A stretch of 51,971 nt of DNA from Candidatus Latescibacterota bacterium (GTDB lineage Bacteria > Latescibacterota > UBA2968): NCBI GenBank assembly GCA_038279365.1, contig JAYODI010000034.1, positions 1 to 51,971 of the forward strand, read 5' to 3'. Shown here one piece after another: positions 38,797-48,894 of this stretch. The notes beneath the pieces are model-generated. The model made no database searches. It saw nothing but the letters and a program-made list of their open reading frames with translations, and was not told where the DNA came from. A program made the translations under genes and the position numbers. Each line of letters begins with the position of its first letter. The first letter of the stretch is position 1.

Positions 38797-39582
38797 TTGG
38801 ATATGCATTTTCGATATGGCGTAATGGTTTTGATGTTGTTTATTGGTTTTGGTAAAGCACAGGCATATCCACCGGCTGAAGGATTTAATGCGGCAGGGTC
38901 TGATGCCAAGGCGATAGAAGTGGCCGATGCGGTGATGGATGCGATGGGTGGGTGGGAGAATTGGAATAAAACGCGGTATGTGACGTGGCGGTTTTTTGGT
39001 GGGCGGTTGCATGTGTGGGATAAGTGGACAGGGAATGCGCGGTTTGAGCAGGGTGATTTGACGGTGTTGATGAATATCAATACCAAAGAAGGCAAGGTGT
39101 ATCGCAATGGGGTTGCAGAAACCCAAGCTGACTCGGTTAAAAAGTATTTGAACAATGGGTATCGGTCGTGGGTGAATGATTCGTATTGGTTGGTTATGCC
39201 TTATAAGTTGAAGGACTCGGGTGTAACGCTCAAGTATGGCGAAGGGACGTTAATGAATGGTCGCCCTGCCCATGTGTTGACGTTGACGTTTGAGGGGGTG
39301 GGGGTGACACCTCAAAATAAATATGAGGTGTATGTGGATAAAGAAACCAATATGGTGGCAGAGTGGGCGCATTATCGAAACGCAGATGACCCAGAACCAC
39401 GATTTCGCAGCCCGTGGGAAAATTGGACAAAGCATGGGAAAGTTATGATTGCAGATGGGCACGGGATGCGTGGGGATAAACCACGTAAGCATACGGATAT
39501 TGCGGTGTTTGATGTGTTGCCTGCTTCGGTGTTTGAAAGTGCGGAGGCTGTGGATATGATGGCATTTCCACAAGCGAAATAG
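38797..39582 (+). CDS. Secreted hypothetical protein (261 aa)
   Basis: It has a signal peptide (MDMHFRYGVMVLMLFIGFGKAQA), the RBS ggag, and no recognised motif. Confidence 0.55.
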   Translation: MDMHFRYGVMVLMLFIGFGKAQAYPPAEGFNAAGSDAKAIEVADAVMDAMGGWENWNKTRYVTWRFFGGRLHVWDKWTGNARFEQGDLTVLMNINTKEGKVYRNGVAETQADSVKKYLNNGYRSWVNDSYWLVMPYKLKDSGVTLKYGEGTLMNGRPAHVLTLTFEGVGVTPQNKYEVYVDKETNMVAEWAHYRNADDPEPRFRSPWENWTKHGKVMIADGHGMRGDKPRKHTDIAVFDVLPASVFESAEAVDMMAFPQAK

Positions 39583-39608
39583 GATTCATGAGAAAATGAA
39601 GTTGGTAT

Positions 39609-39646
39609 AAAAAAAGCCCGATAATTTTTATCGGGCTTTTTTATGT
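39609..39646. terminator. Bidirectional rho-independent terminator
   Basis: The sequence is aaaaaaGCCCGATAAtttttATCGGGCttttttat. Confidence 0.75.
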
Positions 39647-39656
39647 TTTCGATGAC

Positions 39657-39815
39657 TTACTTTTCTTCTGATTTCCCCTTTTTACGTTGGCGCACGGCTT
39701 CGCGTAAGACGTATTCGATTTGTGCGTTTAGGCTGCGCAATTCATCTTGTGACCAGGCGTTGAGGTCTTGCCAGAGGTCGGGGTTGATGCGCAGGAGGAT
39801 GGATTTTTTTTTGGA
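39657..39815 (-). CDS. Arc/MetJ-type ribbon-helix-helix DNA-binding protein (52 aa)
   Basis: MSKKKSILLRINPDLWQDLNAWSQDELRSLNAQIEYVLREAV matches the Arc-family RHH pattern. The start was taken at the internal ATG 39815. Confidence 0.5.
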   Translation of the reverse strand, partial: SKKKSILLRINPDLWQDLNAWSQDELRSLNAQIEYVLREAVRQRKKGKSEEK

Positions 39816-39927
39816 CATAAAGTATGTGCAGGTGGCGTGCGTAATTTGGAATAGGAACGCAAATATAATACCAGCGAAGCGCAAAAACAATGGTTACTCT
39901 GCGCTGGTGTTTAACGCTCATCGGCTT

Positions 39928-40794
39928 TTAATATAGAGAACCTGCATTGACAATGGGTTGTGTTGATTTGTCTGAACACAAAACAACCATGAGGTTGCTG
40001 ACCATGCTGGCTTTGCGTTCTTCGTCGAGGTCGAGCACGTTTTGTTCTCGTAGGCGACTGAGTGCCATTTCGACCATGCCCACGGCACCTTCTACAATCT
40101 TTTGTCGGGCGGCAATGATGGCTTCGGCTTGTTGGCGCTGAAGCATGGCATGGGCAATTTCGGGTGCATAGGCCAAGTGGTTGATGCGGGCTTCGTCGAT
40201 GGTGACACCGGCATTTTTGACGCGTTCTTGAATTTCTCGTCCCAATGCTTCTGATACTTCATCGGTGGCAGAACGCAAGCTGACGGGTTCGCCATCTGAG
40301 TCGTCGTAGGCATAGCTGGTGGCCAAATGGCGCACAGCCGACTCCGCTTGAACATGTACGTAATTGTTGAAGTCGTCAATGTCAAAAGTGGCTTGTGCTG
40401 TGTCGTGAACATGCCAAACGACAACGGCGGAGATTTCGATGGGATTGCCCTTTTTGTCGTTTACTTTGAGTTTTTGGCTGTCGAAGTTGCGTGTGCGTAA
40501 GGATACTTTTTTGCGTTTGAGAAGGGGATTGGCCCATCGAAAGCCGGTTTCGCGTTCGGTGCCTTTGTATTTGCCAAAGAGCAATAAAACAACACCTTGA
40601 TTGGGTTCTACGGTAAAAAAACCTTTAAATGATACCCCACAAAGTGTTAACAGGAAGATATTGGGAACAATTAAAGCAGGTTTTCTGGCGCGAATGCCAA
40701 GAAAAATGCCTAAAACAGCAACAAGGGCCAGCGCGATCAATAGGATCAAAATACGCCAACCATTAAACTGAGCAACATTTTTTTCTGCGGTCAT
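39928..40794 (-). CDS. SPFH/band-7 domain membrane protein
   Basis: An N-terminal TM segment is followed by an SPFH core ([17 protein letters not shown]...[31 protein letters not shown]). Confidence 0.75.
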   Translation of the reverse strand: MTAEKNVAQFNGWRILILLIALALVAVLGIFLGIRARKPALIVPNIFLLTLCGVSFKGFFTVEPNQGVVLLLFGKYKGTERETGFRWANPLLKRKKVSLRTRNFDSQKLKVNDKKGNPIEISAVVVWHVHDTAQATFDIDDFNNYVHVQAESAVRHLATSYAYDDSDGEPVSLRSATDEVSEALGREIQERVKNAGVTIDEARINHLAYAPEIAHAMLQRQQAEAIIAARQKIVEGAVGMVEMALSRLREQNVLDLDEERKASMVSNLMVVLCSDKSTQPIVNAGSLY

Positions 40795-41104
40795 GGTGAC
40801 CCCCCTTTGTGATATTAATATGATATCATAAAGATAGACGAATAAATGTGGAAAAAGGTTTCATTTTTATTTTTAATCAGGCGCGTTTTAGGTAGCGCGT
40901 CCACAACGCTGTTGAGGCTGCACTCATACCTTTTATAAATAAGTTTACAAAAACATTTATTTATTGAAATGTTGGTTGTAGAGACTTATGGCACGATCGA
41001 AGCAAAGCGTAAAAGGAAATTGGGGATGCGCTTATTTGGCAGTTGCGCTTTTTGTTGCTCGGTGGAACGGGATGCCTTATTTTCGCGGGCGTAAAGGAGG
41101 TGTG

Positions 41105-41935
41105 TTTATGCACGCACTGCAAGAGCAGTTTGACGAGCAAGGGTATGTCATTTTAAAAGGTGTATTTAAGCCTCATGTTTTAGAAGCGGTTCGGTCTGCA
41201 TTGGATGTTTTGGTGAATCGTGAGGCAGAGAAGTTGATTGCTGCGAGGCGTGTCTCTGATTCATTCATAACGACACCTTTTGAAACAAGGTTGTTTCGTT
41301 TGTATGAAAACAATTTGGATATTGCACCCAAGTCATTTCGCCAAGAATTGCATTTGGCGGGTTTGTTTGGTGTGTTTTTTAATGCGCGTGTACTGGATTT
41401 GGTGTCGCAGTTTTTGGGCACTGAAATTCGGCTGTATCCCAATTATACGGTGCGCCCCAAGTTTCCAGAGTGGGAGGGCACAGAAGTTTTGTGGCACCAA
41501 GATGGTGGTTATACGGCTGGTGGTGAGCGCGGGGTACGTGATTTGAAGATGGTAAATGTGTGGGCGCCTATTGTGCGTGCAACCACGCACAATGGTTGTA
41601 TGGAATTTGCGCCAGGGACACATAAGTTGGGTGTGGTGCCACATGAAAAACGGGATCATTATTTGGAGATTGCATCTGAGCAACTCAACCGATATGTGGG
41701 TGAGACGGTGGCCATTGAATTGGAACCTGGAGATGCGGTGTTGTTTCACAATTTGCTTTTTCACCGAGGCTTGCCCAACTTGTCGGATGGCATTCGGTGG
41801 AGTTGCGATTGGCGCTATCAAGATGCGAATCAGCCGACGATGCGAAAGGAAAAAGGACATTTGGCACGCAGCCGAAAAACACCTGAGGCCGTGGTTGCAA
41901 GTGCGGAAGATTGGGTGAGCAGAAGGTTTGAATAA
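41105..41935 (+). CDS. Phytanoyl-CoA dioxygenase (PhyH)-family Fe(II)/2-oxoglutarate oxygenase
   Basis: The HxD...H facial triad is present (WHQDGGY ... FHNLLFHRG). The RBS aggagg precedes ATG 41105. Confidence 0.65.
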   Translation, partial: FMHALQEQFDEQGYVILKGVFKPHVLEAVRSALDVLVNREAEKLIAARRVSDSFITTPFETRLFRLYENNLDIAPKSFRQELHLAGLFGVFFNARVLDLVSQFLGTEIRLYPNYTVRPKFPEWEGTEVLWHQDGGYTAGGERGVRDLKMVNVWAPIVRATTHNGCMEFAPGTHKLGVVPHEKRDHYLEIASEQLNRYVGETVAIELEPGDAVLFHNLLFHRGLPNLSDGIRWSCDWRYQDANQPTMRKEKGHLARSRKTPEAVVASAEDWVSRRFE

Positions 41936-42039
41936 ATGAATGTGTAACCTTTTAACGTGAGGGTATTGCAATGTGTTGGACGCTTTCATTTGAGTTAAAA
42001 GCAATCAACGCTCAGCTTGCCCTTTGCGCCATTTGGGTT

Positions 42040-42072
42040 TTTGTTTAAGCTGGCAGCTTAGGTTTATAATTT
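42040..42072 (+). promoter_or_regulatory. Candidate sigma-70 promoter with -10 TATAAT, overlapped by the 13-bp palindrome AAGCTGgCAGCTT
   Basis: The sequence is ttgttTAAGCTGGCAGCTTaggtTTATAATttg, ~35 bp upstream of the enolase-family gene. Confidence 0.3.
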
Positions 42073-42103
42073 GAACAAAAAATTTGCTCAAAAAAGGAAT
42101 GCA

Positions 42104-43288
42104 ATGAAAATTACACGCGTTGAGACGTTTTTGGTGAATGCGGCACCGCCTCAGGAAGGCGGGTGGGCGGCGCGCAATTGGTTGTTTGTGAAAGTTCACA
42201 CAGATGAAGGGCTTTATGGGGTGGGTGAGGCCAGTGGTTGGCCACGGGTGGTGCAAACGGCCATTGAAGATTTGACGCGGTTGGTGGTGGGTGAAGATCC
42301 GATGCATATTGAGCGGTTGTGGCAAAAAATGATGAGTTCAATTATGGGGCATGGGATGACGGGTGTGGTGGGGTTTGGGGCGATGACGGGCATAGAAATG
42401 GCGTTGTGGGATTTGAAGGGCAAAGCGTTGGGGGTGCCTGTTTGGAATTTGCTGGGTGGCAAGATGCGCGATGAGATTCGGGTTTATGCACACGCGCACG
42501 ATGCCGAACGCGCACGTGAACTTGTTGATCGTGGCTACACGGCCATTAAGACGGGTGGGATTCGCAACTGTGTGGAGAGTGTGGAAGGGATTCGCAAAGA
42601 GGTGGGTTCAGATATTGATTTGATGGTGGACGTACACGGCCCACCTTGGATGACCACACGCGATGCAATTGCATTGGGTCGCAAGTTGGAAGAATACGAT
42701 TTGTTCTTTTACGAAGACCCTGTGGCTCCAGAGAATATAGATGCGATTGCACGGGTGTCTGACGCACTAAATATCCCTATTGCTGCAGGGGAACGGCACG
42801 CGGGTATTTGGGGTGTGAAGGAGTTGATAGAGCGTGAGATTATTGACGTGGTGCAACCTGACACGGGGCGTGCGGGTGGGTTGCGACAAATGCAAAAAAT
42901 TGCGGCCATGGCCGAGGCGCATTATATCACAATGGCGCCGCATGACGGGTCTTTGGGGCCTATTGCTGAAATGGCGGCCGTGCATTTGATGGCGTGTATT
43001 CCCAACTTTTTGATTTTGGAACACTTGGAAGACGATGTGCCCCAACGCTATGAGGTGATGAGTGGCCAACCCAAAGTGGTTAACTCGCACATTGCGGTGC
43101 CCAATGCACCGGGCTTGGGTGTGGATATTGTGGAAGAAGCGTGCGCGAAGTATCCATCGGTGGGCAATATTTCCCAACCAGAAGATACATATGACTATCA
43201 GTATTTTTGGACACGCGAAAATCGCGCTACGTGGTTGAGCAGTCAGGAAAAAGAACGGTCGAATTATCGGCCTGGGAGTGTGTTTTAG
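42104..43288 (+). CDS. Enolase-superfamily dehydratase, D-galactonate/D-mannonate dehydratase-like
   Basis: MKITRVETFLV...NWLFVKVHTDEGLYGVGEA resembles the DgoD/ManD N-terminus. The metal ligands D, E, D are in mandelate-racemase-fold positions. The start at ATG 42104 has the RBS aaaaggaa. Confidence 0.7.
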   Translation: MKITRVETFLVNAAPPQEGGWAARNWLFVKVHTDEGLYGVGEASGWPRVVQTAIEDLTRLVVGEDPMHIERLWQKMMSSIMGHGMTGVVGFGAMTGIEMALWDLKGKALGVPVWNLLGGKMRDEIRVYAHAHDAERARELVDRGYTAIKTGGIRNCVESVEGIRKEVGSDIDLMVDVHGPPWMTTRDAIALGRKLEEYDLFFYEDPVAPENIDAIARVSDALNIPIAAGERHAGIWGVKELIEREIIDVVQPDTGRAGGLRQMQKIAAMAEAHYITMAPHDGSLGPIAEMAAVHLMACIPNFLILEHLEDDVPQRYEVMSGQPKVVNSHIAVPNAPGLGVDIVEEACAKYPSVGNISQPEDTYDYQYFWTRENRATWLSSQEKERSNYRPGSVF

Positions 43289-43293
43289 AGGCG

Positions 43294-43321
43294 GGCAAAC
43301 GGCAAATGTGAAACGGCAAAC
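43294..43321 (+). repeat. Four tandem heptamers, GGCAAAC-GGCAAAT-GTGAAAC-GGCAAAC, in the intercistronic spacer
   Basis: Read directly. The repeat begins 6 nt after the dehydratase stop. Confidence 0.7.
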
Positions 43322-43402
43322 TGAGTGTGCTGCTGTGTGTGGAGCGATAGCACTTACGCTTATAGACTCTGCCAAGCAACTTTTCAAATAAGGAGTTTTA
43401 AG

Positions 43403-44200
43403 ATGGGCGTTTTAAGTGAAGAGGATATTCGGTTTTTTAAACGTGAAGGGTATTTGATTAAGCGGGGTGTGATGGACCCTGAGTTGTGTGCTCGGGCACG
43501 TGAACGGTTGTGGGATGACCCCCCGCCATCTATCAAAAGAGACGATCCGGCTTCTTGGGTTGGGCCTATTAAACCCGAGGAGGAATCGGATGATCCTGAA
43601 AATTTAAAAAAGGGATTTGGATGGCGCTATCGCCGTTTGGGCAAAGAACCTTGGATGGCTGAGATGTTGCCCCGAAGTGAATTTGTGCGCAGTGCTGCAG
43701 ATCAGCTGCTTGGCAAAGACAGATACATTTTACCCGAACGGGTGCGTGGTATTTATTGCACGTTGCCCCAGCCGGAAGGTGCCGAACGCAAACCACGTCA
43801 TTTACACGTAGATGCACATCCCTTCAGTTTTGCAATTGTGAGTTATATTGACGATGTGGCGCCCGATGGCGGTGGTTTTACGGTGTGGCCCAAGAGTCAT
43901 CAAAAGTTTTTCTTTGATTATCATTCGCGGTATAAAAACGAACCGACACCTCAGCTTGAGATTGATCGTGCAGAATTTATGGCCGATGAGGCCAATTCTT
44001 ACCAAACATTTGGTGCGCCGGGAGATATTGTTTTTTGGCATCATCGCATGGGACATATGGCATCGGTCAATTATACGGGCCAAATCCGCAAAGCCGTGTT
44101 GACCGATTTTAAATTGATTGATCTGCCTCAACTTCAAGAACAACCACCTGGTGATGATATTTGGGTGGATTGGAGCGATGAAATGCGGGAGATTCAGTAG
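43403..44200 (+). CDS. Second PhyH-family Fe(II)/2-oxoglutarate oxygenase
   Basis: HVDAH ... WHHRMGH. The RBS aaggag precedes ATG 43403. Confidence 0.6.
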   Translation: MGVLSEEDIRFFKREGYLIKRGVMDPELCARARERLWDDPPPSIKRDDPASWVGPIKPEEESDDPENLKKGFGWRYRRLGKEPWMAEMLPRSEFVRSAADQLLGKDRYILPERVRGIYCTLPQPEGAERKPRHLHVDAHPFSFAIVSYIDDVAPDGGGFTVWPKSHQKFFFDYHSRYKNEPTPQLEIDRAEFMADEANSYQTFGAPGDIVFWHHRMGHMASVNYTGQIRKAVLTDFKLIDLPQLQEQPPGDDIWVDWSDEMREIQ

Positions 44201-44203
44201 GAA

Positions 44204-44231
44204 GTGAAATGGCAAACGGCAAACGGCAAAA
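44204..44231 (+). repeat. Four tandem heptamers, GTGAAAT-GGCAAAC-GGCAAAC-GGCAAAA, abutting the RBS
   Basis: Read directly. The repeat lies 4 nt after the dioxygenase stop and runs straight into the aggag RBS of the GH4 gene. Confidence 0.7.
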
Positions 44232-44246
44232 GGAGACAGCGTTCAT

Positions 44247-45557
44247 ATGCCCAAAATAGTTATCATTGGTGCAGGCAGTGGCTTTGGCAGTAGGCTGTCA
44301 ATTGATATTTTATCGCGCGATTATTTGAAAGATTCAACCATTGCGTTGTGTGACATTAATGAAGAGCGGTTGATGCAGGTGCACAATTATGTGAACCGGG
44401 CCATTGAGGGTCACAACTTGCCTGGCAAATGTATTGCCAGCACAGATCGGCATGAATTGTTACCCGATGCCGATTTTGTGGTGACTGCGGTGTCTATTGG
44501 TGGGGCGGCTTATTGGGGCGAACCGTATGCGTCGGAGATCGGTATTCCTCTTAAATATGGGCTTCATCAAACGGTGGCCGATACGGTGGGTGTGGGTGGT
44601 GTGTTTCGGTTTTTGCGCACGGCTAAGGAGCACTTGCAGTTTTGTAAAGATATGGAGGTGCATTGCCCCGATGCATTGATGTTAAATTATACCAACCCCA
44701 TGGCGATGTTGACCTGGACACATTCTGTGGGTTCTTCTATTGAAAATGTTGGTTTGTGTCACAGCGTTCAAGGTACGACGAAGAAGATTGCAACGGGTAT
44801 TGGTGAGGCATATGAAGACATCAGTTATTTGGTGGCAGGCATTAATCATCAAGCGTGGATTTTGAAATTTAAGAAAGATGGCGAAGATTTGTATCCGCGC
44901 ATTTTTGAAGCTGTGGATTCACACGAGAGTTTTAAAGAAGATCGGGTGCGTGTGGAAATGATGAAGCAGTTTGGTTATTTTGTAACGGAAAGTACACGTC
45001 ACAATGCAGAGTATTTGCCTTACTTTTTGCGAACGCCTGAACTTCGCAAACATTATGGTGTGCCCGACCGACAACCGGTGAGTATGGAAATGCCCGAGCA
45101 AAGACGTCGTGCTTGGATGAAAGATTCTGGTGTAGATACCGATGAAACGGCAACCATTCCCGAGATGAAACAATCACATGAATATGCTTCAGCCATTATT
45201 GAATCGAAGTTGACGGGGGTGCCGTTTTTGTTTAATGGCAATGTGATGAACAATGGGGTGATTACCAATTTGCCCAAAGAATGTTGTGTGGAAGTACCTG
45301 TGGTGGTCGATCGCGAAGGGTTACACCCGTGTTATGTGGGTGCGTTACCCCCGCAGTGTGCGGCATTGAATATGACCAATATTGCCGTTCAAGAGTTGGC
45401 TGTTAAAGCGGTTTTGGAACGCGATAAAGAAGCGGCTTTTCACGCATGTGCATTAGACCCCTTAACGGCTTCGATGTTGTCTTTGCCCGATATTCGAAAG
45501 ATGTTTAATGAACTGTGGGAAGCCGAGGGTGCGTTGCTGGATTATTTTGATGCATAA
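44247..45557 (+). CDS. Glycoside hydrolase family 4 (NAD+/Mn2+-dependent alpha-glucosidase/alpha-galactosidase-like)
   Basis: MPKIVIIGAGSGFG is the GH4 Rossmann N-terminus. The CHSVQG region and overall length fit GH4. Confidence 0.8.
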   Translation: MPKIVIIGAGSGFGSRLSIDILSRDYLKDSTIALCDINEERLMQVHNYVNRAIEGHNLPGKCIASTDRHELLPDADFVVTAVSIGGAAYWGEPYASEIGIPLKYGLHQTVADTVGVGGVFRFLRTAKEHLQFCKDMEVHCPDALMLNYTNPMAMLTWTHSVGSSIENVGLCHSVQGTTKKIATGIGEAYEDISYLVAGINHQAWILKFKKDGEDLYPRIFEAVDSHESFKEDRVRVEMMKQFGYFVTESTRHNAEYLPYFLRTPELRKHYGVPDRQPVSMEMPEQRRRAWMKDSGVDTDETATIPEMKQSHEYASAIIESKLTGVPFLFNGNVMNNGVITNLPKECCVEVPVVVDREGLHPCYVGALPPQCAALNMTNIAVQELAVKAVLERDKEAAFHACALDPLTASMLSLPDIRKMFNELWEAEGALLDYFDA

Positions 45558-45614
45558 ATTCTGCTTTTTGTTGTGAGGTGGATCGGATGTTTTTAGGGTT
45601 TGAGGAGGTGGGTT

Positions 45615-47951
45615 ATGACATTTCAATGTGATGATTCAGGGTATATTCGGCATTGGATTTTGGCAGGAACGTATGTAGAAAAGTATGATGGGCCACCGGG
45701 TGGTGATAATGAATTGCGTGCTGCAACGGTAGATTCAACCATTGAAACACCGACAGAGTATGTGGCTTTGGGAGCACCTGGGCCACGTGGCGAAGCGTGG
45801 TCATACTATGACCCGGGTGCCAATATTTTTGTGGAGCGCAGCAGTTTTTATCACGATTTGTCGGTGTTGAATCTCTATGGTGCAACAGATGTTGAGGTTG
45901 TGGAAGATTGTGAGCTCAGGGCGCGTTTTTGGTCGTGTGGCGCGTCTGATTTGTGGGTAAATGGGCAACATGTGAGTCGGCACAATGTGCCCCAATATAT
46001 GTATCCTAATGCGACAGAAATCACGATACCCTTGAACAAACATCGCAATGATCTCGATACAACAGAAAGCGCGATTTCACTAAAAAAAGGGCGCAACAGA
46101 CTATATGTACGTTTGCAGGCTTTTGGGGTGCGCGATACACGTGTGTTGTATGGCATACAAATTTTGGAAGGTGCCGAAAAACTTAAGATCGTTATTCCTG
46201 GAGAAGATGCATTTACCGATCAAGTTGTAAATGCCGATCATTGGTTAAACAGCATTCGGGCCGATGGCCGAGATGCCTTGTGTTCTGGTGAACCTGCGCC
46301 ATTTGATGCCGTGGTGAAAATTAAAGATGAGGACCTTGTCTGGCCTGCAGGAACAGATCGTGTGGTAATTGGGGCTGTGGCGCGTGTTGAGGTGCATTTG
46401 GTGTTAGCAGGTGAAACGCTAAAGCGCGTATATGAACTGCCTGTAAATCAGATGATTACCCTGTCTGATGCACCGACTTTGGAAGCGCATCAGAATGCTA
46501 TTTTGAAGAACATTGCAAGTCGTATAGGTCGTGGGCGTGGTGGTGTGATGCCTGTTTTGGCACGGCATACGTTGGGTGAGCGACATGAAGAAGATGAATC
46601 GGTGTTGTTTGAGGCGTTAAATTGGATTGATGGGCGACCCGATTGTGCAGATTTTCCATTGGCGGCCATTTTGCGTTTGTATCACGGAAATACGTTGACG
46701 CAGAAGGAACGCGATCGGATCAAAGATACGGTGCTCAAATTTCGATATTGGCACGATGAACCGGGCAATGATGCAATGTGTTTTGATTCTGAAAATCATG
46801 CACTGCTGTTTCACGGGTGTCAGATGATTGCTGGCAATTTGTTTCCAGAGGAGACGTTCACAAACAGTGGGCGCTTGGGAAAAGAACAAGCGCAGATTGG
46901 GAAAGCGCGATGTGAGAAGTGGTTGGACGTTGTGGAAGCACAAGGTTTTCGTGAGTTTTTGAGCAGTACATATATGCCACTTACTTGTAGCGCTGTGCTC
47001 AATTTGGTGGATTATGGTGATGCGGTGATGTCTCAACGTGCAGCCAAAGTGGTCGATACTATTTTTGAAATGTTGGCGATGCACGCGTTTGATGGTGTGA
47101 CCGTGGGGCCTCAAGGACGGGTGTATCGTGGGGTGCTCAATCCCGAAACATCAGGCACACAGGCCATGTTGGCTTATGCATCAAAAAATGCGGTGATGGC
47201 ACACAATGATTGGCTGAGCTTTGTGGGGGCATCAGAAAAATACCGTTTGCCCAAAGACATTGATGCACAGATGCAAGCGACTGTGAGCAGAAAATATCGT
47301 CAGGCGAGTGTAGAGATTCAACTTGAGAAGACGGCAGACTTTCTGCTGACATCACTACAATTGCCTGCGTCGTTTCAAAAGACACCACCAAAGATGGGGC
47401 CTTCTCATTCGGCTAAGGGATTGATTCCGGGGCGGCAAGGGTACCAGCAACATTTGTGGCACGCAACATTGGCGCGCGACTGTCACATTTTTGTAAATCA
47501 CCCAGGTGCGAGTTTTGATATGAGCAGTTCCCGCCCGGGTTTTTGGTATGGCAATGGTGTTTTGCCACATACTGTGCAAAAGGGTGCAATGGTAATGCAA
47601 ATATTTGATATTCCAAATTGGCATCCTATACCATTTACGCATGCACATTGGCCGACTGATATTTTTGACCAACAAATTGTAGATGGTCAGTGGGCGTTTG
47701 GCAAAAAGGGAAATGGCTGCGTGGCGCTTTGGTGCAGTGCACCACTTACAGTCTGTTCGGAAGTTTTAACCGATCGCGAATTGCGCGCCAATGGCCAAAA
47801 AGTGGCTTGGTTGGCTATTTGTGGGGGTGGGGATTGGGATCATTTTGTCGCATCGTGCCATGCGCAACAGCCGAGTTTTGATGTGTCGTCACTCACGTTG
47901 TGTTTGGATGGACAATCGATATTGTCATATGCTGAGGTGGCTGTCTCATGA
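45615..47951 (+). CDS. Cytoplasmic alpha/alpha-toroid polysaccharide-lyase-like protein, a paralog of 17456..19369
   Basis: It shares the block RYWHDEPGNDAMCFDSENHALLFHGCQMIAGNLFP with the paralog. The RBS gaggagg precedes ATG 45615. Confidence 0.4.
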   Translation: MTFQCDDSGYIRHWILAGTYVEKYDGPPGGDNELRAATVDSTIETPTEYVALGAPGPRGEAWSYYDPGANIFVERSSFYHDLSVLNLYGATDVEVVEDCELRARFWSCGASDLWVNGQHVSRHNVPQYMYPNATEITIPLNKHRNDLDTTESAISLKKGRNRLYVRLQAFGVRDTRVLYGIQILEGAEKLKIVIPGEDAFTDQVVNADHWLNSIRADGRDALCSGEPAPFDAVVKIKDEDLVWPAGTDRVVIGAVARVEVHLVLAGETLKRVYELPVNQMITLSDAPTLEAHQNAILKNIASRIGRGRGGVMPVLARHTLGERHEEDESVLFEALNWIDGRPDCADFPLAAILRLYHGNTLTQKERDRIKDTVLKFRYWHDEPGNDAMCFDSENHALLFHGCQMIAGNLFPEETFTNSGRLGKEQAQIGKARCEKWLDVVEAQGFREFLSSTYMPLTCSAVLNLVDYGDAVMSQRAAKVVDTIFEMLAMHAFDGVTVGPQGRVYRGVLNPETSGTQAMLAYASKNAVMAHNDWLSFVGASEKYRLPKDIDAQMQATVSRKYRQASVEIQLEKTADFLLTSLQLPASFQKTPPKMGPSHSAKGLIPGRQGYQQHLWHATLARDCHIFVNHPGASFDMSSSRPGFWYGNGVLPHTVQKGAMVMQIFDIPNWHPIPFTHAHWPTDIFDQQIVDGQWAFGKKGNGCVALWCSAPLTVCSEVLTDRELRANGQKVAWLAICGGGDWDHFVASCHAQQPSFDVSSLTLCLDGQSILSYAEVAVS

Positions 47952-47967
47952 CACGGCTCTTCTCATT

Positions 47968-47981
47968 TCTATTGCAATAGA
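47968..47981. promoter_or_regulatory. Perfect 14-bp palindrome TCTATTGCAATAGA, a candidate operator
   Basis: Read directly. It sits between the lyase-like gene and the isomerase gene. Confidence 0.3.
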
Positions 47982-48052
47982 TGAAAGAGACTTTTAAGTG
48001 AGGGGTGCGCAATGGTGCACGTGGCACAAAAGCGTTGTTTAAGGAGCTTAAC

Positions 48053-48859
48053 ATGAATCTCGAGTTGGGTATTGCAGGTTGGATTTTGAGTGGTGAAATT
48101 TTGCGTGAAAAGACAATGACACTGTTGGACTTTCCTGCAGTGTGTGCCAAACACGGTGTAAAGACGGTGGAGTTGTGTTCGCGGTTTTTTGAAAGCCAAG
48201 ATGCAAAATATTTGAATGAATTGCGGGGCAAGCTCAAAGACAACGGGCTGTCGGTCAAAAGTATGGCCGTGGATATGGGCAACATTGCTGGGGCCGATGA
48301 AGCGGTGAGACGTACCGATATTGAGGCACTCAAGACGTGGTTTTATACGGCGTCGGCCATTGGGTCAAAAGCCATTCGCATCAATACGGGGCATGCCGAT
48401 GATGACGGGGCAATGGGGCGTGTGATTGATGGATATCGCGAGTTGGTCGCCGTAGGCGAACAAGCAGGAGTGAAGTTGCTGATCGAAAATCATGGGGGTG
48501 TTTCGTCTACGTCTGATAATTTGCAGAAAATTTTAGATGCAATGGACTCACCTTGGTTTGCAACGTGCCCTGATACAGGAAACTTTCCTTTGGGCGATTG
48601 GGAAGCGGGTATGACGGTGTTGGCACCGCGTGCATTTTCGTGTCATGTGAAGGTGTTTACTTATAGTGATGATGGGGAACAGACGCGCAAAGATCGGGAA
48701 GGCAACATACATACGTACAATTTGCAAACGAGTTTGCGCATTTTGAAAGATGCGGGTTATCAGGGCCCGTTGTGCATTGAGTCGGGGGCGTCGGGTTCTA
48801 CACAAGACAGTATTCGCGATACGTTGCTTTATATGAAGGAGCAGATGGCTAAGGTGTAG
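48053..48859 (+). CDS. Sugar phosphate isomerase/epimerase with a xylose-isomerase-like TIM barrel
   Basis: MNLELGIAGW...VELCSRFF...LLIENHGG is typical of the family. The RBS aaggag precedes ATG 48053. Confidence 0.65.
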   Translation: MNLELGIAGWILSGEILREKTMTLLDFPAVCAKHGVKTVELCSRFFESQDAKYLNELRGKLKDNGLSVKSMAVDMGNIAGADEAVRRTDIEALKTWFYTASAIGSKAIRINTGHADDDGAMGRVIDGYRELVAVGEQAGVKLLIENHGGVSSTSDNLQKILDAMDSPWFATCPDTGNFPLGDWEAGMTVLAPRAFSCHVKVFTYSDDGEQTRKDREGNIHTYNLQTSLRILKDAGYQGPLCIESGASGSTQDSIRDTLLYMKEQMAKV

Positions 48860-48894
48860 ATGGTTTTAACAGGCGTTTAAACACTGGAGATTTT

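Noticed and set aside
40820-40835. The 10-bp palindrome ATGATATCAT upstream of the SPFH and PhyH genes
   Set aside because: It is short and AT-rich in an AT-rich divergent promoter region, which gives it a high chance expectation.
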